Counted from the stretch's first letter, positions 21,351 through 33,466 are shown. The stretch: 64,000 nt of DNA from an uncultured bacterium (GCA_963822585.1 CAWGIE010000035.1:96001-160000), one strand, 5' to 3'. A program made the numbers and translations. Notes: generated from the letters alone by a model not told the origin.

Positions 21351-22556
21351 ATGATCCCGCAGGAAGTCATGAGGTCGCTCTCCATCTCCACCGAAAGCAA
21401 AATCGTCCTCCTCGTCCTGGACGGCCTCGGCGGCCTCTCGATGGGAGACGGCACCGCCCTGGAAGTCGCCCGGACCCCTTATCTTGACGCTCTGGCCTCG
21501 GAAGGAACCCTGGGGCTGACCGATCCCGTTTCTCCGGGGATCACCCCGGGCAGCGGCCCGGCCCACATCTCTCTCTTCGGGTACGACCCGATCCGGTACC
21601 AGATCGGCCGGGGCGTGCTGGAGGCAACCGGCATTGATATGAAGCTGGGTCCGGACGACGTGGCCAGCCGGGGCAATTTCGCCACCATGGACGCCGCCGG
21701 TTTGATCACCGACCGCCGCGCGGGCCGGATCTCGACTGAAGAAAATCGGAGATTGGTGGAAATCCTGAAAAAGACGATCCGGGAAATCGACGGCGTGGAG
21801 GTCATCCTCCAATCCGTGAAGGAGCACCGGTTCGTGGTGATATTCCGGGGTGCGGGACTTGACAGCGGGTTGGCTGATACCGATCCCCAGGTTACGGGAA
21901 AGAGAAGCCTGGACCCCGAACCTCTTGATCCCGCAGCGGAGCACACGGCATCAATCGTGAAAAAATTCATCGCCCTCGCCACCCGGGCGCTCAGGGCCGA
22001 GCACCCCGCCAACACACTACTCCTGCGGGGGTTCTCCCGTCTGCCGGAGATACCCTCGATGGAGGAACTCTTCCATCTCAACCCGGCGGCCATCGCCGCC
22101 TATCCCATGTACCGGGGCCTGGCCGGTCTGGTGGGGATGAAAGTTCTGGAAGGGGGCGAAACAATCAAGGATGAATTCGCCGCCCTCCAGGAGCGCTGGG
22201 AAGGCTTCGACTTTTTCTTCATTCACATCAAGAAAACCGACAGTTACGGGGAGGATGGGAATTTCGAGAAAAAAGTGAGTGTCATAGAAGAGGTGGATTG
22301 CTTCATCCCGGCCTTGAAGGAACTGAATCCGGACGTGATCGCGGTCACCGGCGACCACTCGACTCCGTGTTTGCTGAAAGGGCACAGCTGGCACCCCAAC
22401 CCGCTCCTCCTCTGGTCGCCGTATGTCCGGGTAGACGCCGCCACCCGGTTCTCGGAAAGAGAGTGCGCGCACGGCGGCCTCGGACGGCTGCCCGCGGTCG
22501 AGGTGATGCCGCTCCTTCTGGCCAACGCGCTGAAGCTGGAGAAGTATGGGGCTTAA
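21351..22556 (+). CDS. apgM: 2,3-bisphosphoglycerate-independent phosphoglycerate mutase, archaeal type
   Basis: VLDGLGG, TPGSGPAH, IDRRAGRI-like motif, TGDHSTP, HSWHP. Confidence 0.9.
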   Translation: MIPQEVMRSLSISTESKIVLLVLDGLGGLSMGDGTALEVARTPYLDALASEGTLGLTDPVSPGITPGSGPAHISLFGYDPIRYQIGRGVLEATGIDMKLGPDDVASRGNFATMDAAGLITDRRAGRISTEENRRLVEILKKTIREIDGVEVILQSVKEHRFVVIFRGAGLDSGLADTDPQVTGKRSLDPEPLDPAAEHTASIVKKFIALATRALRAEHPANTLLLRGFSRLPEIPSMEELFHLNPAAIAAYPMYRGLAGLVGMKVLEGGETIKDEFAALQERWEGFDFFFIHIKKTDSYGEDGNFEKKVSVIEEVDCFIPALKELNPDVIAVTGDHSTPCLLKGHSWHPNPLLLWSPYVRVDAATRFSERECAHGGLGRLPAVEVMPLLLANALKLEKYGA

Positions 22557-22692
22557 ATTGTGCTTCGCACAATTTAAATTAAATGAAAGATAGTCGGGTT
22601 CTGTTCAGTGTTTATCAGCGGAAGGTGACCATTCCGGTTTTCGTCATTCGAATTTCGTCATTTTTTATCTTTCTTTGATAGAGGAGATAATA

Positions 22693-23703
22693 ATGCATGA
22701 GGCGTTACTCTATAACAAATTGGAGGATGGAAAAGTCCGTTGCTCCCTCTGCGCCCACCGCTGCTTGATCCCGGAAGGGAAACGGGGACTCTGCGGCGTC
22801 CGGGAGAATCGGGGGGGCGTTCTTTTTTCGCTGGTCTATGGGAAGGCGATCGCCACCCATGTCGATCCGATCGAGAAGAAGCCGCTCTTCAACTTTCTTC
22901 CCGGTTCCCTCGCCTTCTCGGTGGCGACGGCGGGGTGCAATATGAGCTGCCGCCACTGCCAGAACGCCGATATCTCCCAGTCTCCCCGGGAAACCGGACA
23001 GATCGTCGGCAGGGATATTCCGCCGGAAGCTCTGGTGGACGAGGCCCTCCGGCAGGGGTGCCGGTCCATCGCCTACACCTATACCGAGCCCACGATCTTC
23101 TTCGAGTACGCGCTCGATACCGCACGGCTGGCCGCTAAAAAGGGGATCAAAAACATCTTCGTCACCAATGGCTACATGACGGCGGAAGCCCTGAAGACGA
23201 TCGCCCCCGTGCTTGATGCCGCCAATGTCGACCTGAAGTCATTCTCGGACGATTTCTACCGGGAGATCTGCGGCGCCCGACTGCAGCCGGTCCTGGATAC
23301 CATCAAAAGGATGCACGAGGGGGGCGTCTGGGTCGAGGTTACCACTCTGGTCATCCCGGGCCATAATGATTCCGACGCGGAACTCCGATCGATCGCCGGC
23401 TATCTTTCCGGCTTGAGCCCGGACATCCCCTGGCACGTCAGTGCCTTTTATCCAACCTACCAACTGACCGCCGCCCCCCCGACACCGGTGGCGACCCTGC
23501 AACGAGCCCGGACGATCGGGCGGGAAGCCGGGATCCGCTACGTCTATACCGGAAATATCCCCGGCGATGACGGGGAGAATACCTATTGCCCTCACTGCGG
23601 GAAGAAAATCGTGGAGCGGACCGGCTATCGGGTGGAGGCCGTGAACATCCGGGACGGGAAGTGCTCCTTCTGCGCGGCCCCCGTCTCTGGTGTCTGGAGG
23701 TAA
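22693..23703 (+). CDS. amrS: AmmeMemoRadiSam-system radical SAM enzyme
   Basis: C..C.H.C, DPIEKKPL, GCNMSCRHCQN, YTYTEP, VYTGN, C-terminal CPHC..CSFC. Confidence 0.92.
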   Translation: MHEALLYNKLEDGKVRCSLCAHRCLIPEGKRGLCGVRENRGGVLFSLVYGKAIATHVDPIEKKPLFNFLPGSLAFSVATAGCNMSCRHCQNADISQSPRETGQIVGRDIPPEALVDEALRQGCRSIAYTYTEPTIFFEYALDTARLAAKKGIKNIFVTNGYMTAEALKTIAPVLDAANVDLKSFSDDFYREICGARLQPVLDTIKRMHEGGVWVEVTTLVIPGHNDSDAELRSIAGYLSGLSPDIPWHVSAFYPTYQLTAAPPTPVATLQRARTIGREAGIRYVYTGNIPGDDGENTYCPHCGKKIVERTGYRVEAVNIRDGKCSFCAAPVSGVWR

Positions 23704-23847
23704 GATTTTTATCTTTGGCATCCCGGCTCGTTCTCTGTTTCCGGTCCGGTCGTTGGTTGTTATCTCATTTTATATAGTATTTTTGCTGATGTTTTCCCCG
23801 GAAAAAGGTTCATAATAGACAGGCTGGTTTAAGGAGAAGCATGTAAC

Positions 23848-26800
23848 ATGAAAACGCCGTTGAGACGGAGACCCAGGCGAAGTGTGACGATAAGGTCGTG
23901 TACCTCGAGTGTACTGACCTCCATCATTCTCTGCGTTACCACCGTGGCCCCTGTCGCTGCCGCGACCTACACGGTTACCACCACCAACGACAGCGGGGCC
24001 GGTTCGCTTCGACAGGCGATAATAGATGCCAATACGCCGGGCCCGGACACCGTCGCTTTTAATATCCCCGGCGCGGGACCGCATGTGATCAGCCTGGCCA
24101 GTTCCCTTCCCTCACTCACCGACGACGAGACCGTGATCGATGGATATACCCAGCCGGGAAGCGTCCCCGCACCGCTGGGGTCGGGCACAACCAGGGTGAT
24201 CCGGATTGAAGTAAGAAATTCCGGTATCTACATCGATAACGCCAGCGGCTGCACCGTCCGCGGTCTGGCGATCAACATCAGTCCCGACAACTACGTTTTC
24301 ATCTCCGGCTTTTCAGCGCAGTCGAACACGATCGAAGGGAATTACCTGGGAACCGACGCCTCGGGTACTGCCGGCGGCGGGTGTATCTTTGCAGGAGTCC
24401 ACCTCCGGGACGGTACCCACCATAACATAATCGGGGGGAGCGATCCGGATTCCGGCAACGTCGTCAGCGCCGCCGGCGGCCACGGTATCGCCCTCTACGG
24501 GAGCGACTACAACCAAATCAGGGGAAATTACGTCGGGACCGACTGTATGGGAACGGTCGGGATCGGCAATGCCGATCACGGCATTACCTGCCATCAACCG
24601 GGGTCGTCGTACAATACCATCGGAGGCACGACCGCCGCGGAAAGGAACGTCATTTGCGATAACACCGGCGACGGGATCCGGTGCGAGTCACCGGGCGGCG
24701 GCGCCTCGAATTACAACACGATTATCGGGAACTATATCGGTGTGGATTCCACCGGGAACGCCGCGCTGGGAAACGGTTTATCCGGCGTCAGGTTTTCGGA
24801 GGGAACCGGAAATCGGCTCGGCGCCCCGGGCCCGGGGGAAGAGGAACATCATCTCCGGGATCTGCAGTGCCGTCGTGGAGATAAATACGGACTCGAACTA
24901 TGTCCAGGGGAATTACATAGGCACCAACGCCGATGGCACGGCTGCCCTGGGGAACACGTCAGGTATCCACGTGAACGGGGTTTCCGGAAACATGATCGGG
25001 GGGGAGAACCCGAGAGAGAGGAACATGATCAGCGGGAACGACGAATACGGGGTTTCTCTCAATGAGGATTAATCGTATACAAGCGTCCGGGGAAACTGGA
25101 TCGGCCTGAACGCGTTCGGGAACGCCGCCCTCGGAAACGGCGACCATGGAGTGTCCGTCCGGGGGGCGAACAGCGTCATCGGGGGAGAGGAAGAGGGTAG
25201 GGGGAACGTCATCTCCGGCAACGGAGGAGACGGTATCGCCATAGACGGAAAAAACGCCGTGGACAACCTGGTTGCCGGCAACAGGATCACGGGAAACCTC
25301 GGTACGGGCGTCTTGGTGCAGGGCCAGCTCTCCGCCGGCAATGATATCAGCCGAAATTCGTTCCGGAAGAACGGCGAACTCGGCATCGACCTGGGAGCTG
25401 ACGGCAGGACGCCCAACGACCCCGACGATCCCGACGAAGGACCGAACCGGATTCAGAATTTCCCGGTGATCGTCGCCGCCAACCTTTCCGGGAGCAGTAT
25501 CGAGATTAGTTACTCTGTTCCTTCCTCCCCCTTAAATTCAGATTACCCGCTCCGGGTGGAATTTTACCGGGCCGACAGCGACGAGGAAGAGGGCGCGGAG
25601 TATCTGGGTGATGATATCTATGCCGGTACCGGATCCCGGACGGTCGATTTCGCGCCGGAAACGGCGATCGCGGGCGGGGATCATATCCTGGCCACCGCGA
25701 CCGATCTCGCCGGGAATACCTCCGAATTCAGTGCCGCGGTTACGGTGGGGGTGATAGCCTGCCGCTGCTTCACCGTTGCCCAGCGGGGCGGTCTCAACGG
25801 CACCAACCTGCTGACACTAGTCGATCCCGGTGACTTCGATCCGGCCTCCAATGAAAAGAGTATCGGCCTCACCACCGGCACTACCGGCATCGAGTCGCTT
25901 GCCTATCATTTCGCCTCAGGGAACCTCTACGCGGTCGACTACAGTCAGCTCGGCGTCCTGGACCGGGCCACGGGCATATTTACTCCCGCTCCGCGGCCAA
26001 TCGGCCCAGGACAGGCTGCCCTGGGGAGGCTATTTCCCGTCGGCCGTTCCGCCCGGGGATATACCGATGTCGACGGGCTGGCCTTTACCCCGTCCGGAGA
26101 AGCACTGTACGGCAGCGTGCGCCGGACCGGGAGCGATCTTTTGATACAGATCGACCCCGCGACCGGCGCGCTGGTGCCGGGGGCGTTCGGAGGGAGCGAT
26201 TACCTGGTGATAGCGGAGGCGGCGCCCGGACTGAGCGACTTAGATGATATATCCTTCGATACGGTTTTAGGTAAGCTCTACGCGCTTCAGGACGACAACG
26301 GGAGGAGAGAGCACCTGGTGGTCATCAATACCGCCGACGGTTCGGTGACCGATGTCAACCGGATCGTTTTTTCCGGCAGTTTCCTGGATGATATGGAGGG
26401 CCTCGATTTCGGCTGCGACGGGCGCCTCTGGGGCCTGACCGGAGACAAAGCCGGGTCCGGGTTATCCAACTGTCTCTGGGAACTGGACAAAACGACCGCG
26501 ATCGCTTCCTCTCCCCGCCCGCTCAATAACGGTACCGACTACGAAGGCGTCGCCTCCGGGGACTTCCCGCCCGCGGCAGTTACGCCGACCCCGTTCCCGC
26601 TGGTTTTGGAAAACGGTGACTACAACGGGGACGGCATCTCGGACATCGCCGTCTTTGAACCCGGTTCGGGCCTGTGGGCGGTGCGGGGGATCACCCGGAA
26701 ATTCTTCGGGCGAAGCGGCGACATCCCCATCCCCGGCGACTACAACGGGGACGGTACCACCGATATCGGTGTTTTCCGGGCGGCAACCGGTCTCTGGGCG

Positions 26801-27340
26801 ATTTCCGGGAACTCCCGGGCCTACTACGGGACGGCTCTCGATCTCCCCGCGCCCGACGATTATGACGGTGACGGCACTGCCGACATCGCGATCTTCAGGG
26901 CCCTCACCGGACTCTGGGCGATCAGGAGCCGGTCACGGCTCTACTTCGGCGCCCCGGGAGACTATCCCGTACCGGAGGATTATACCGGCAACGGGACCGC
27001 GGGGATCGGAATCTTCCGGCGCAAGATCGGCCTCTGGGCGTTGAGAGGGGTGAGCCGCGTTTATTTCGGGGCCGATGGTGATTTCCCTGTCCCGGGGGAT
27101 TACGGGTTGCGGGGTGCCCGGGTACCCGCGGTCTTCCGGTTTCCATCCGGTCTCTAGGCGAACCGGGGCGTGAGCCGTCTCTATTTCGGAAGCAGGTGGG
27201 ATATCCCCGTCCCGGCCGACTACGACGGAGATGGTTTCGACGAAGTGGGCGTTTTCCGCGGTCCGACATCCCTCTGGGCGATAAAAGGAATCACCCGGGC
27301 CTACTTCGGCGCCACCGGAGACATCCCCATTACCAGGTAA
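23848..27340 (+). pseudogene. Large secreted beta-helix / beta-propeller / FG-GAP-like repeat protein, disrupted
   Basis: Signal peptide, DSGAGSLRQAI, GNYIG repeats, GDYNGDG..DIA.FR repeats; frameshift at ~24838, in-frame TAA 25070-25072, in-frame TAG 27155-27157; reading continues to TAA 27338-27340. Confidence 0.85.
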
Positions 27341-27362
27341 CGGTAAAAGTAAATAGTGTCTC

Positions 27363-29995
27363 TTAGTCGCGCATCGCCGGCCCCGATCCATCGGATTGAG
27401 GAGATTTTCTCTTCTTTTTCCCTTCTTCCGGGCCGACTTCGCTTTCTTCTTCTGTGCCTTCTTCTCCAGCAGTTCGACCGCGTCCTCCATTGAAAATGAC
27501 TCGAGATCGGTGTCTTTGCCCAGGGAAGCGTTCAGCCGGCCGTGGTTGACATAGGGGCCGTAGCGGCCGGTCATGATCCGGACCGGTTTCCCGTCCCCGG
27601 GATGGCCGCCCAGGTCCCGGAGGGGCTTACGCCCCACTCGGCCGCCCCGGCCGCGGGGTTCGGGAGCAGTGGCCAGGATCTCGACCGCCTGGTCAAGAGT
27701 AACCTCGAGGATGTTATGCGGTTTTTTCAGGGTGGTGAACTTCCCGTCATGAACCAGGTAGGGGCCGAACCGGCCCAGACCGGCCTTGACCGCCTTTCCG
27801 GTCTCGGGATGTTCTCCAAGTACGCGGGGTAGCTGGATTATCTTTAAAGCCGTCTCCAGGGAGACTTCTTCGACCGGGATGTCGTCCGGGAGCTTGATCC
27901 GTTTCGGCTTTTCTTCCCCCGTTCCGTTTTCTCCCCGCTGGATATAGGGTCCGAAAGGTCCCAGTTTAAGGTAAACCGCGAGTCCGGTCTCGGGATCGGC
28001 GCCCAGTTTCTGGGGGCCTTCATCCTTTTGTTTCATCAGCCGCCGGACGGTTTCGGCGGAGAGGTCGGCCGGCGGAATATCGGCCTGGATGCCGGTGCGT
28101 ACCTGCTCGCCGTCTTTCTCCCAGGAGAGGAAGGGCCCGAATCGTCCCACGCGAACCTCCACCGGCGGGGAGTCAAGCCGGAGCGCGAAGAGAGACCGGG
28201 GATCGACGTCGGCTTCCCGGGCCGTCACCCGGTTTCTTAGGCCCTGCTCTCCCAGATAAAAGTGGCGCAGATATTCGAGCCATCCCTTGTCGCCCCGGGC
28301 GATATTATCCAGGTGTTCCTCCATGTCGGCGGTAAAGTTGATGTCCACCAGGTCCTGGAAATGTTCCTCCATCAGGCGGTTGACGGCGAAAGCGGTGAAG
28401 GTGGGAACCAGTTCTTTGCGCTGTTTGAAAACGTAACCGCGCTTGACGATGGTAGTGATGATGGAGGCGTAAGTGCTGGGCCGGCCGATCCCCTCATCCT
28501 TCAACACCTTGATCAGTGTCGCCTCCGTATATCGGGGCGGGGGCTTGGTCTCCTGGTTGCGGCACTGCAGGTCCCGGCAGTCGACCTCCTCATCCACGGC
28601 CAGGGCGGGAAGGGCCGCGGTCTGGTTTGCCGTCGAGTCTTCGGAATCGTCTCTTCCGTGAATATACGCCTTGAAGAAACCGGGAAAATCCACGATCCGG
28701 CCGCTGGCCCGGAAGACGGCGTTATCCACGGCGATCGTGGCCGTCTGGAAACGGAGGCGGGCCGGTTTCATCTGGGTGGCGATCGTTCGTTTCCAGATCA
28801 GGTCGTAGAGGGCCCGTTCCAGGCCGCTGAGGGGAAGGCTTTCCACGGTCCGCATTTCTTTCCCGGCGGGACGAATGGCCTCATGCGCCTCCTGGGCCCC
28901 TTTGTCGGAGGTCCGGAACCGGCGGGGAGCGGGGTTGAGAAAGTCCTCTCCGTAAAGGGTCTTGATGCGGTTCCGCGCGGCAAAGATCGCCTCATCGCTT
29001 AAATGGACGGAGTCGGTGCGCATGTAGGTGATGTAGCCGTTCTCGTATAATTTCTGCGCGAAGCGCATTGTCTGGGCCGCCCCCATCCCCAGCTTCCGGT
29101 TGGCTTCCATCTGGAGAGTGGCGGTGGTGAAGGGGGGGAAGGGATGTCGGGTGGCTTCTTTTTCCTGGATCTCGGTCACCCGCCAGACACCCGCCCGCAA
29201 TTTTTCTACCAGGCTGTCCGCCTCTTCACGGTCCAGGAGCAGGAGATCTTTCCCCGGGGGAAGCTGCCCGGTCGTTTCGTCGAAGTCCCGTCCCCGGGCC
29301 AGCGGCTTTCCGCCCAAAGAGTGAAGTTGGGCCTCGAACCGGTTCTCCGGGCAGTCCGGGCGCTTATTGAGCAGCGCCTTCACGCTCCGGTAAAGGGCCG
29401 GGTGAAAGGCACGCCGTTTCCGCTCCCGGTCAACCAGCAGGCGGACGGCCACGCTCTGGACCCGTCCGGCCGACAGCCGGGGCGCTATTTTTTTCCAGAG
29501 CAGCGGGGAGACGGTGTAGCCGACCAGCCGGTCCAGGATGCGCCGGGCTTCCTGGGCCCGTACCAGGTTCATGTCGATGGTCCGGGGTGAGGCGAGGGAT
29601 TCCCGGATCGCGTCGCCGGTGATCTCATGGAAGACCATCCGTCTGACCGGACATTCCGGCTGGAGGAGTTCGGCCAGGTGCCAGCCGATGCTCTCGCCTT
29701 CCCGGTCCTCGTCGGTAGCCAGGAGGAGTTCGTCGGCTTCCCCCGCCAGCTTACGAAGGTCGGAGACTATTTTTTTCTTGTCGTCGGGGATGACGTAAAG
29801 GGGCTCGAAGTCATGCTCTATGTTGACCCCCATCCGGGCCCATTCTTCTTTCTTCAGATCCGGGGGGACCTCTCCGGCGGAGGAGGGGAGATCGCGCACG
29901 TGTCCCATGGAGGCCTCGACACGGTAACCGGCGGGCAGGAAACCGTTGATCGTCCGGGCCTTGGTCGGTGATTCGACGATAACCAGCCTGGTCAT
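27363..29995 (-). CDS. topA: DNA topoisomerase I with Topo_C repeats
   Basis: [50 protein letters not shown] repeats. The 3' end assumes a 1-nt indel in the Lys-rich tail; the literal ORF runs to 26933. Confidence 0.95.
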
Positions 29996-30251
29996 TTTTT
30001 TCTTCCGGGATTTTGAATAATGTGAAATTGTATATTTCGCTTCGATTAAAAGGGGCATGGTTATAACCCATGTCCCGGAAGAAAAAAAGGAAAAATTGAT
30101 TCGGATATAGTCTCTGTTGATAAAATAGGATAGCGGTGTATAGTAATATGCTACCTGAATAGATGCCATATTCCCTGAAGATCCGCACTTTTCCTCCTGG
30201 CGTTGGCTTATGTGTTTTTCTCTCAATTAGCGCCGGAGGCGCTAATTTATA

Positions 30252-30983
30252 ATGATTATCAATCAGATATTGAACAGATTCAGAATCTGGATTTCATATG
30301 TCGCCCTGGTCTTGACCGGGTTCGTCTGTTTCTTCTTCTTCCGCTTTCCGCTTAACTTTACCCTGGTCAGGGGGAAGAAAAACATCCCCAAAAAAGGGAG
30401 GAATGTCCTTTTTGTATCCAACCATCTTTCGATGTACGACTCCTTTTTGATCGCTGTCGCCGCGTTTTTTCCTTCTGTTTTGACCCATCCTTCCCGTCCG
30501 CCGATTAATTTTGCCGCCGAAGAAAATTATTTTACCCAGTGGTACATCCGGGTCCTTCTGCGGATTCTTCGTACGGTCCCGGTCAAGAAAGGGCGCCACG
30601 ACCCCTTCCTGATGAGGAAATACGCGGACTTCCTGAAGAAGAGGAATATCCTCGTCTTCTACCAGGGGACCCGAAGCTTCGACCTGAAGCAGATCAAATC
30701 CGGTCCGGCTTACGTGATCGCGAACGCGGCAGAAGAGGTGACGGTGATCCCGATCTACCATGAAGGTATTACCCGCATCTTCAGCAGAGGGGGGCCCCGG
30801 ACGAAGGGATTATGGCGCTGGCTGCCCCGCAGTTTTTTCCACCGGCCGACGGTGACCTTCGGGGCGCCGATCGATTTCAGCGACCTGATGCGGATCGAAG
30901 ATCAGAAGGAGCGGATTGCCGCGATCAACGAGAGGATTACCGATCGTATCGAGAAGTTAAAAAAATCGCCGGAAAAAATATGA
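30252..30983 (+). CDS. Lysophospholipid acyltransferase (PlsC family)
   Basis: NHLSMYD (HxxxxD), FYQGTRS (FPEGTRS variant), FGAPID. Confidence 0.85.
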   Translation: MIINQILNRFRIWISYVALVLTGFVCFFFFRFPLNFTLVRGKKNIPKKGRNVLFVSNHLSMYDSFLIAVAAFFPSVLTHPSRPPINFAAEENYFTQWYIRVLLRILRTVPVKKGRHDPFLMRKYADFLKKRNILVFYQGTRSFDLKQIKSGPAYVIANAAEEVTVIPIYHEGITRIFSRGGPRTKGLWRWLPRSFFHRPTVTFGAPIDFSDLMRIEDQKERIAAINERITDRIEKLKKSPEKI

Positions 30984-31057
30984 GGCGCCGTCATTCCGGA
31001 GGAAGAAAGCGCATCGCGGCCGCCGCCCAAGCAAAATTCCCGGATCAAGCGGAAACA

Positions 31058-31312
31058 ATGAAATGGATTCCCCTCATCGGCTTTACCGCCGCCGCTTTGA
31101 CCACCCTGGCGTTTTTACCCCAGGTGATCAAAACGTGGAAGATCAGGGAGACGAAGGACATCTCCCTGCTCATGTATGTCGCTTTTGTCGTCGGGGTCTT
31201 TCTCTGGTTCTGTTACGGAATCCTGATCGGCGACTATCCGGTATCGATCGCCAACGGGATAACGCTTCTCCTGGCCTCCATTATCCTGATCGCGAAGATC
31301 AAGTACGGTTGA
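31058..31312 (+). CDS. SemiSWEET (PQ-loop) transporter
   Basis: LTTLAFLPQVIKTWK..ETKDISL, LWFCYG, IAN; 84 aa. Confidence 0.92.
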   Translation: MKWIPLIGFTAAALTTLAFLPQVIKTWKIRETKDISLLMYVAFVVGVFLWFCYGILIGDYPVSIANGITLLLASIILIAKIKYG

Positions 31313-31436
31313 CCTTTGTTTGCCCGGAAAAGAGGGGAAAACCGGGCGGCGGTATTTACGTCGGGCCGATTTGATGGTATAATAGAACGAAGATGTATGA
31401 AGTGGTAACGATGATATCGTTGCTCTAAAATCATAG

Positions 31437-31805
31437 ATGAAAAAGAAACGGATTTTAGTCGCCGATGATGATCAAAATCTGGTCAGGCTTGTCAGTCTGG
31501 AACTTCGCGACCAGGGATACGAAGTCATCACCGCCGCAAACGGAAAAGAGACTATAGACCGCGTGCATGACGATCACCCGGACCTGATTATCCTTGATTA
31601 CCACATGCCGGAGGGCGACGGCCTCTATGTGATCGCCAAGCTGAAGACCGCCCTCGAGACCTTTACTATCCCGATCATCATGCTGACCGCCGATGATTCG
31701 CAAAATGTCCGCGCTCAGGCCTTCGGCCTCTCGGCGGGATATTTTCTCACCAAACCGTTTAAGCCGGCTGTGCTCCTTCAGAAAGTGAAAGAAGCCCTGG
31801 CGTAA
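31437..31805 (+). CDS. Stand-alone response regulator receiver
   Basis: ILVADD, PDLIILDYHMP, MLTA, KPF. Confidence 0.93.
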   Translation: MKKKRILVADDDQNLVRLVSLELRDQGYEVITAANGKETIDRVHDDHPDLIILDYHMPEGDGLYVIAKLKTALETFTIPIIMLTADDSQNVRAQAFGLSAGYFLTKPFKPAVLLQKVKEALA

Positions 31806-31989
31806 TCGGTTGCCGCCCCCTTTTTACCCGAGGTGTTTTTCCCCATCGTCCGAGGTAACCATTTCTTCCTTTTCCGCCGGTCCTATGGCCGGCGGAAAAG
31901 AAAAAAGGGAATAAAAAACGTCCTTCCTCCGACTAACAGAGTAGTTCTCAACCCGCCGGTCGTGTCCGGCAAACAAAGGAGGGAAGGAT

Positions 31990-32496
31990 ATGAAGTCAGT
32001 CAGTGTGTCATTTGAAGTGGGGGATAAGACGGTGAGTCTGAAGCAGGAAATCGGACCGGAAACGTCGGTCCGGGAAGCCTTGACTTCTCTGATCGAGGAA
32101 GCCGGGGAAATCGGCCAGTCCGGCAAGGCGACCGTCGCTCAGCTGCGCGCCCTCTATGCCCGGGCTCATCAATCCGGCTGGGAAAAGCAGAAGGTGAAGG
32201 AACTCCTGGAAAAAGATCTGGGGACCTCGCTCAGCGATGAGATCGTCGGGGTGGTGGAGAAAAAACGCCTCTCCCGGCTGATCAATGGGATCGCCCCCAT
32301 CGAGGAAGTTCCGGGGAAGGTTACCGCCGGACAGATGCGGGCGCTTTGGGCGAAAGCGCTGAGCAAGGGATGGGAGAGGGCGCAGGTGAGAGAGTTTCTC
32401 CAGAAGAAGCTGGGTGCCGTTCGGGACGATCGGATTATTGGAGTTATCGACAAGAAACTGCTCTCATCCGCCATTGACGAGATCGAAGCCGCCTGA
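31990..32496 (+). CDS. Hypothetical protein with two tandem ~55-aa helical repeats
   Basis: Strong RBS; T.AQLRAL.A.A...GWE...V.E.L.K.LG repeated twice. Confidence 0.8.
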   Translation: MKSVSVSFEVGDKTVSLKQEIGPETSVREALTSLIEEAGEIGQSGKATVAQLRALYARAHQSGWEKQKVKELLEKDLGTSLSDEIVGVVEKKRLSRLINGIAPIEEVPGKVTAGQMRALWAKALSKGWERAQVREFLQKKLGAVRDDRIIGVIDKKLLSSAIDEIEAA

Positions 32497-32656
32497 GGGT
32501 CAAAAAAGAGTGATCGGTAATCAGTGATCGGTGATCGGTAGAAGAACCACGGCTCGACCGATCACTGATAACCGATTACTGATTACTGATTACTTTTTCC
32601 CGCCGCCACCCACCGTGATCCGTATATCACCTCTGTGATCCCGAGCACTGGGAATG

Positions 32657-33466
32657 TTAACTTGAATCGACCCGGTGTTCACGGCAGGGCATCGCTTGAC
32701 GGATTTCGGCCTGGTAATCGAGATCGAGCCGGGCGACGGCGAAGCCTTCTCCCTCCGGGATCCCGGCGATGATCGTCCCCCAGGGATCGACGATCATGCT
32801 CTGGCCGTAAGTCCTGCGTCCCCCGGGGTGCTCGCCGTGCTGGGCCGGCGCGACGATGAAAACCTGGTTCTCGATCGCCCGGCTCCGGAGCAGCACCTCC
32901 CAGTGGGCTTCACCCGTGCGCTTGGTGAAGGCCGCGGGGACAAAGATGATCAGAGCGCCCCGTTCGGCCAGACGACGGTAGAGGTAGGCGAAGCGGAGGT
33001 CATAACAGATCGTCATCCCCATCGGTGCCAGCGGGGTTTGAGCGAGGACGGCCTCTCGTCCGGGAATAGTCCGCTTCGATTCCCGGTGAGTCTCTCCGCC
33101 CGGAATGGCGACATCAAAGAGATGGATTTTACGATAGGCGGCGATAATTCTGCCGTCCGGGCCCAGCAGAAGCGAGGTGTTGTATACTTTTCCCGGGATT
33201 TCCGACTGTTCCGAAAAGGAGCCCGCCAGAAGATAGATCTCTTCTTTTCTCGCTGTCTCCCGGGCCCAGGTGACGATGGGACCTTCCCGATTTTCGCCGG
33301 GTAGAGGAGGGGCCAGGGCGTCCCGCATCAAAGCGAAGTTCTCGGGAAGAGCGATGATCCGCGCCCCGGCCCGGGCGGCCGCCTCAACCAGCTTCGCCGC
33401 CCGCCGCAGGTTCTTTTCCCGGTCGTCGCCGGAATTCATCTGGATCACCGCGCAGTTAATAATCAT
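32657..33466 (-). CDS. Carbon-nitrogen hydrolase (Nit1-like)
   Basis: LPENF, YRKIHLFD, ICYDLRF triad, RAIENQ, DPWG. Confidence 0.93.
   Translation of the reverse strand: MIINCAVIQMNSGDDREKNLRRAAKLVEAAARAGARIIALPENFALMRDALAPPLPGENREGPIVTWARETARKEEIYLLAGSFSEQSEIPGKVYNTSLLLGPDGRIIAAYRKIHLFDVAIPGGETHRESKRTIPGREAVLAQTPLAPMGMTICYDLRFAYLYRRLAERGALIIFVPAAFTKRTGEAHWEVLLRSRAIENQVFIVAPAQHGEHPGGRRTYGQSMIVDPWGTIIAGIPEGEGFAVARLDLDYQAEIRQAMPCREHRVDSS

Noticed and set aside
26616..27340. Diversity-generating retroelement repeats
   Set aside because: These are ordinary protein repeats; no reverse transcriptase and no adenine-specific TR/VR pair seen.
29996..30226. N-terminal extension of topA
   Set aside because: Homology starts at MTRLVIVES (29995); the upstream stretch is AT-rich intergenic DNA between divergent genes.
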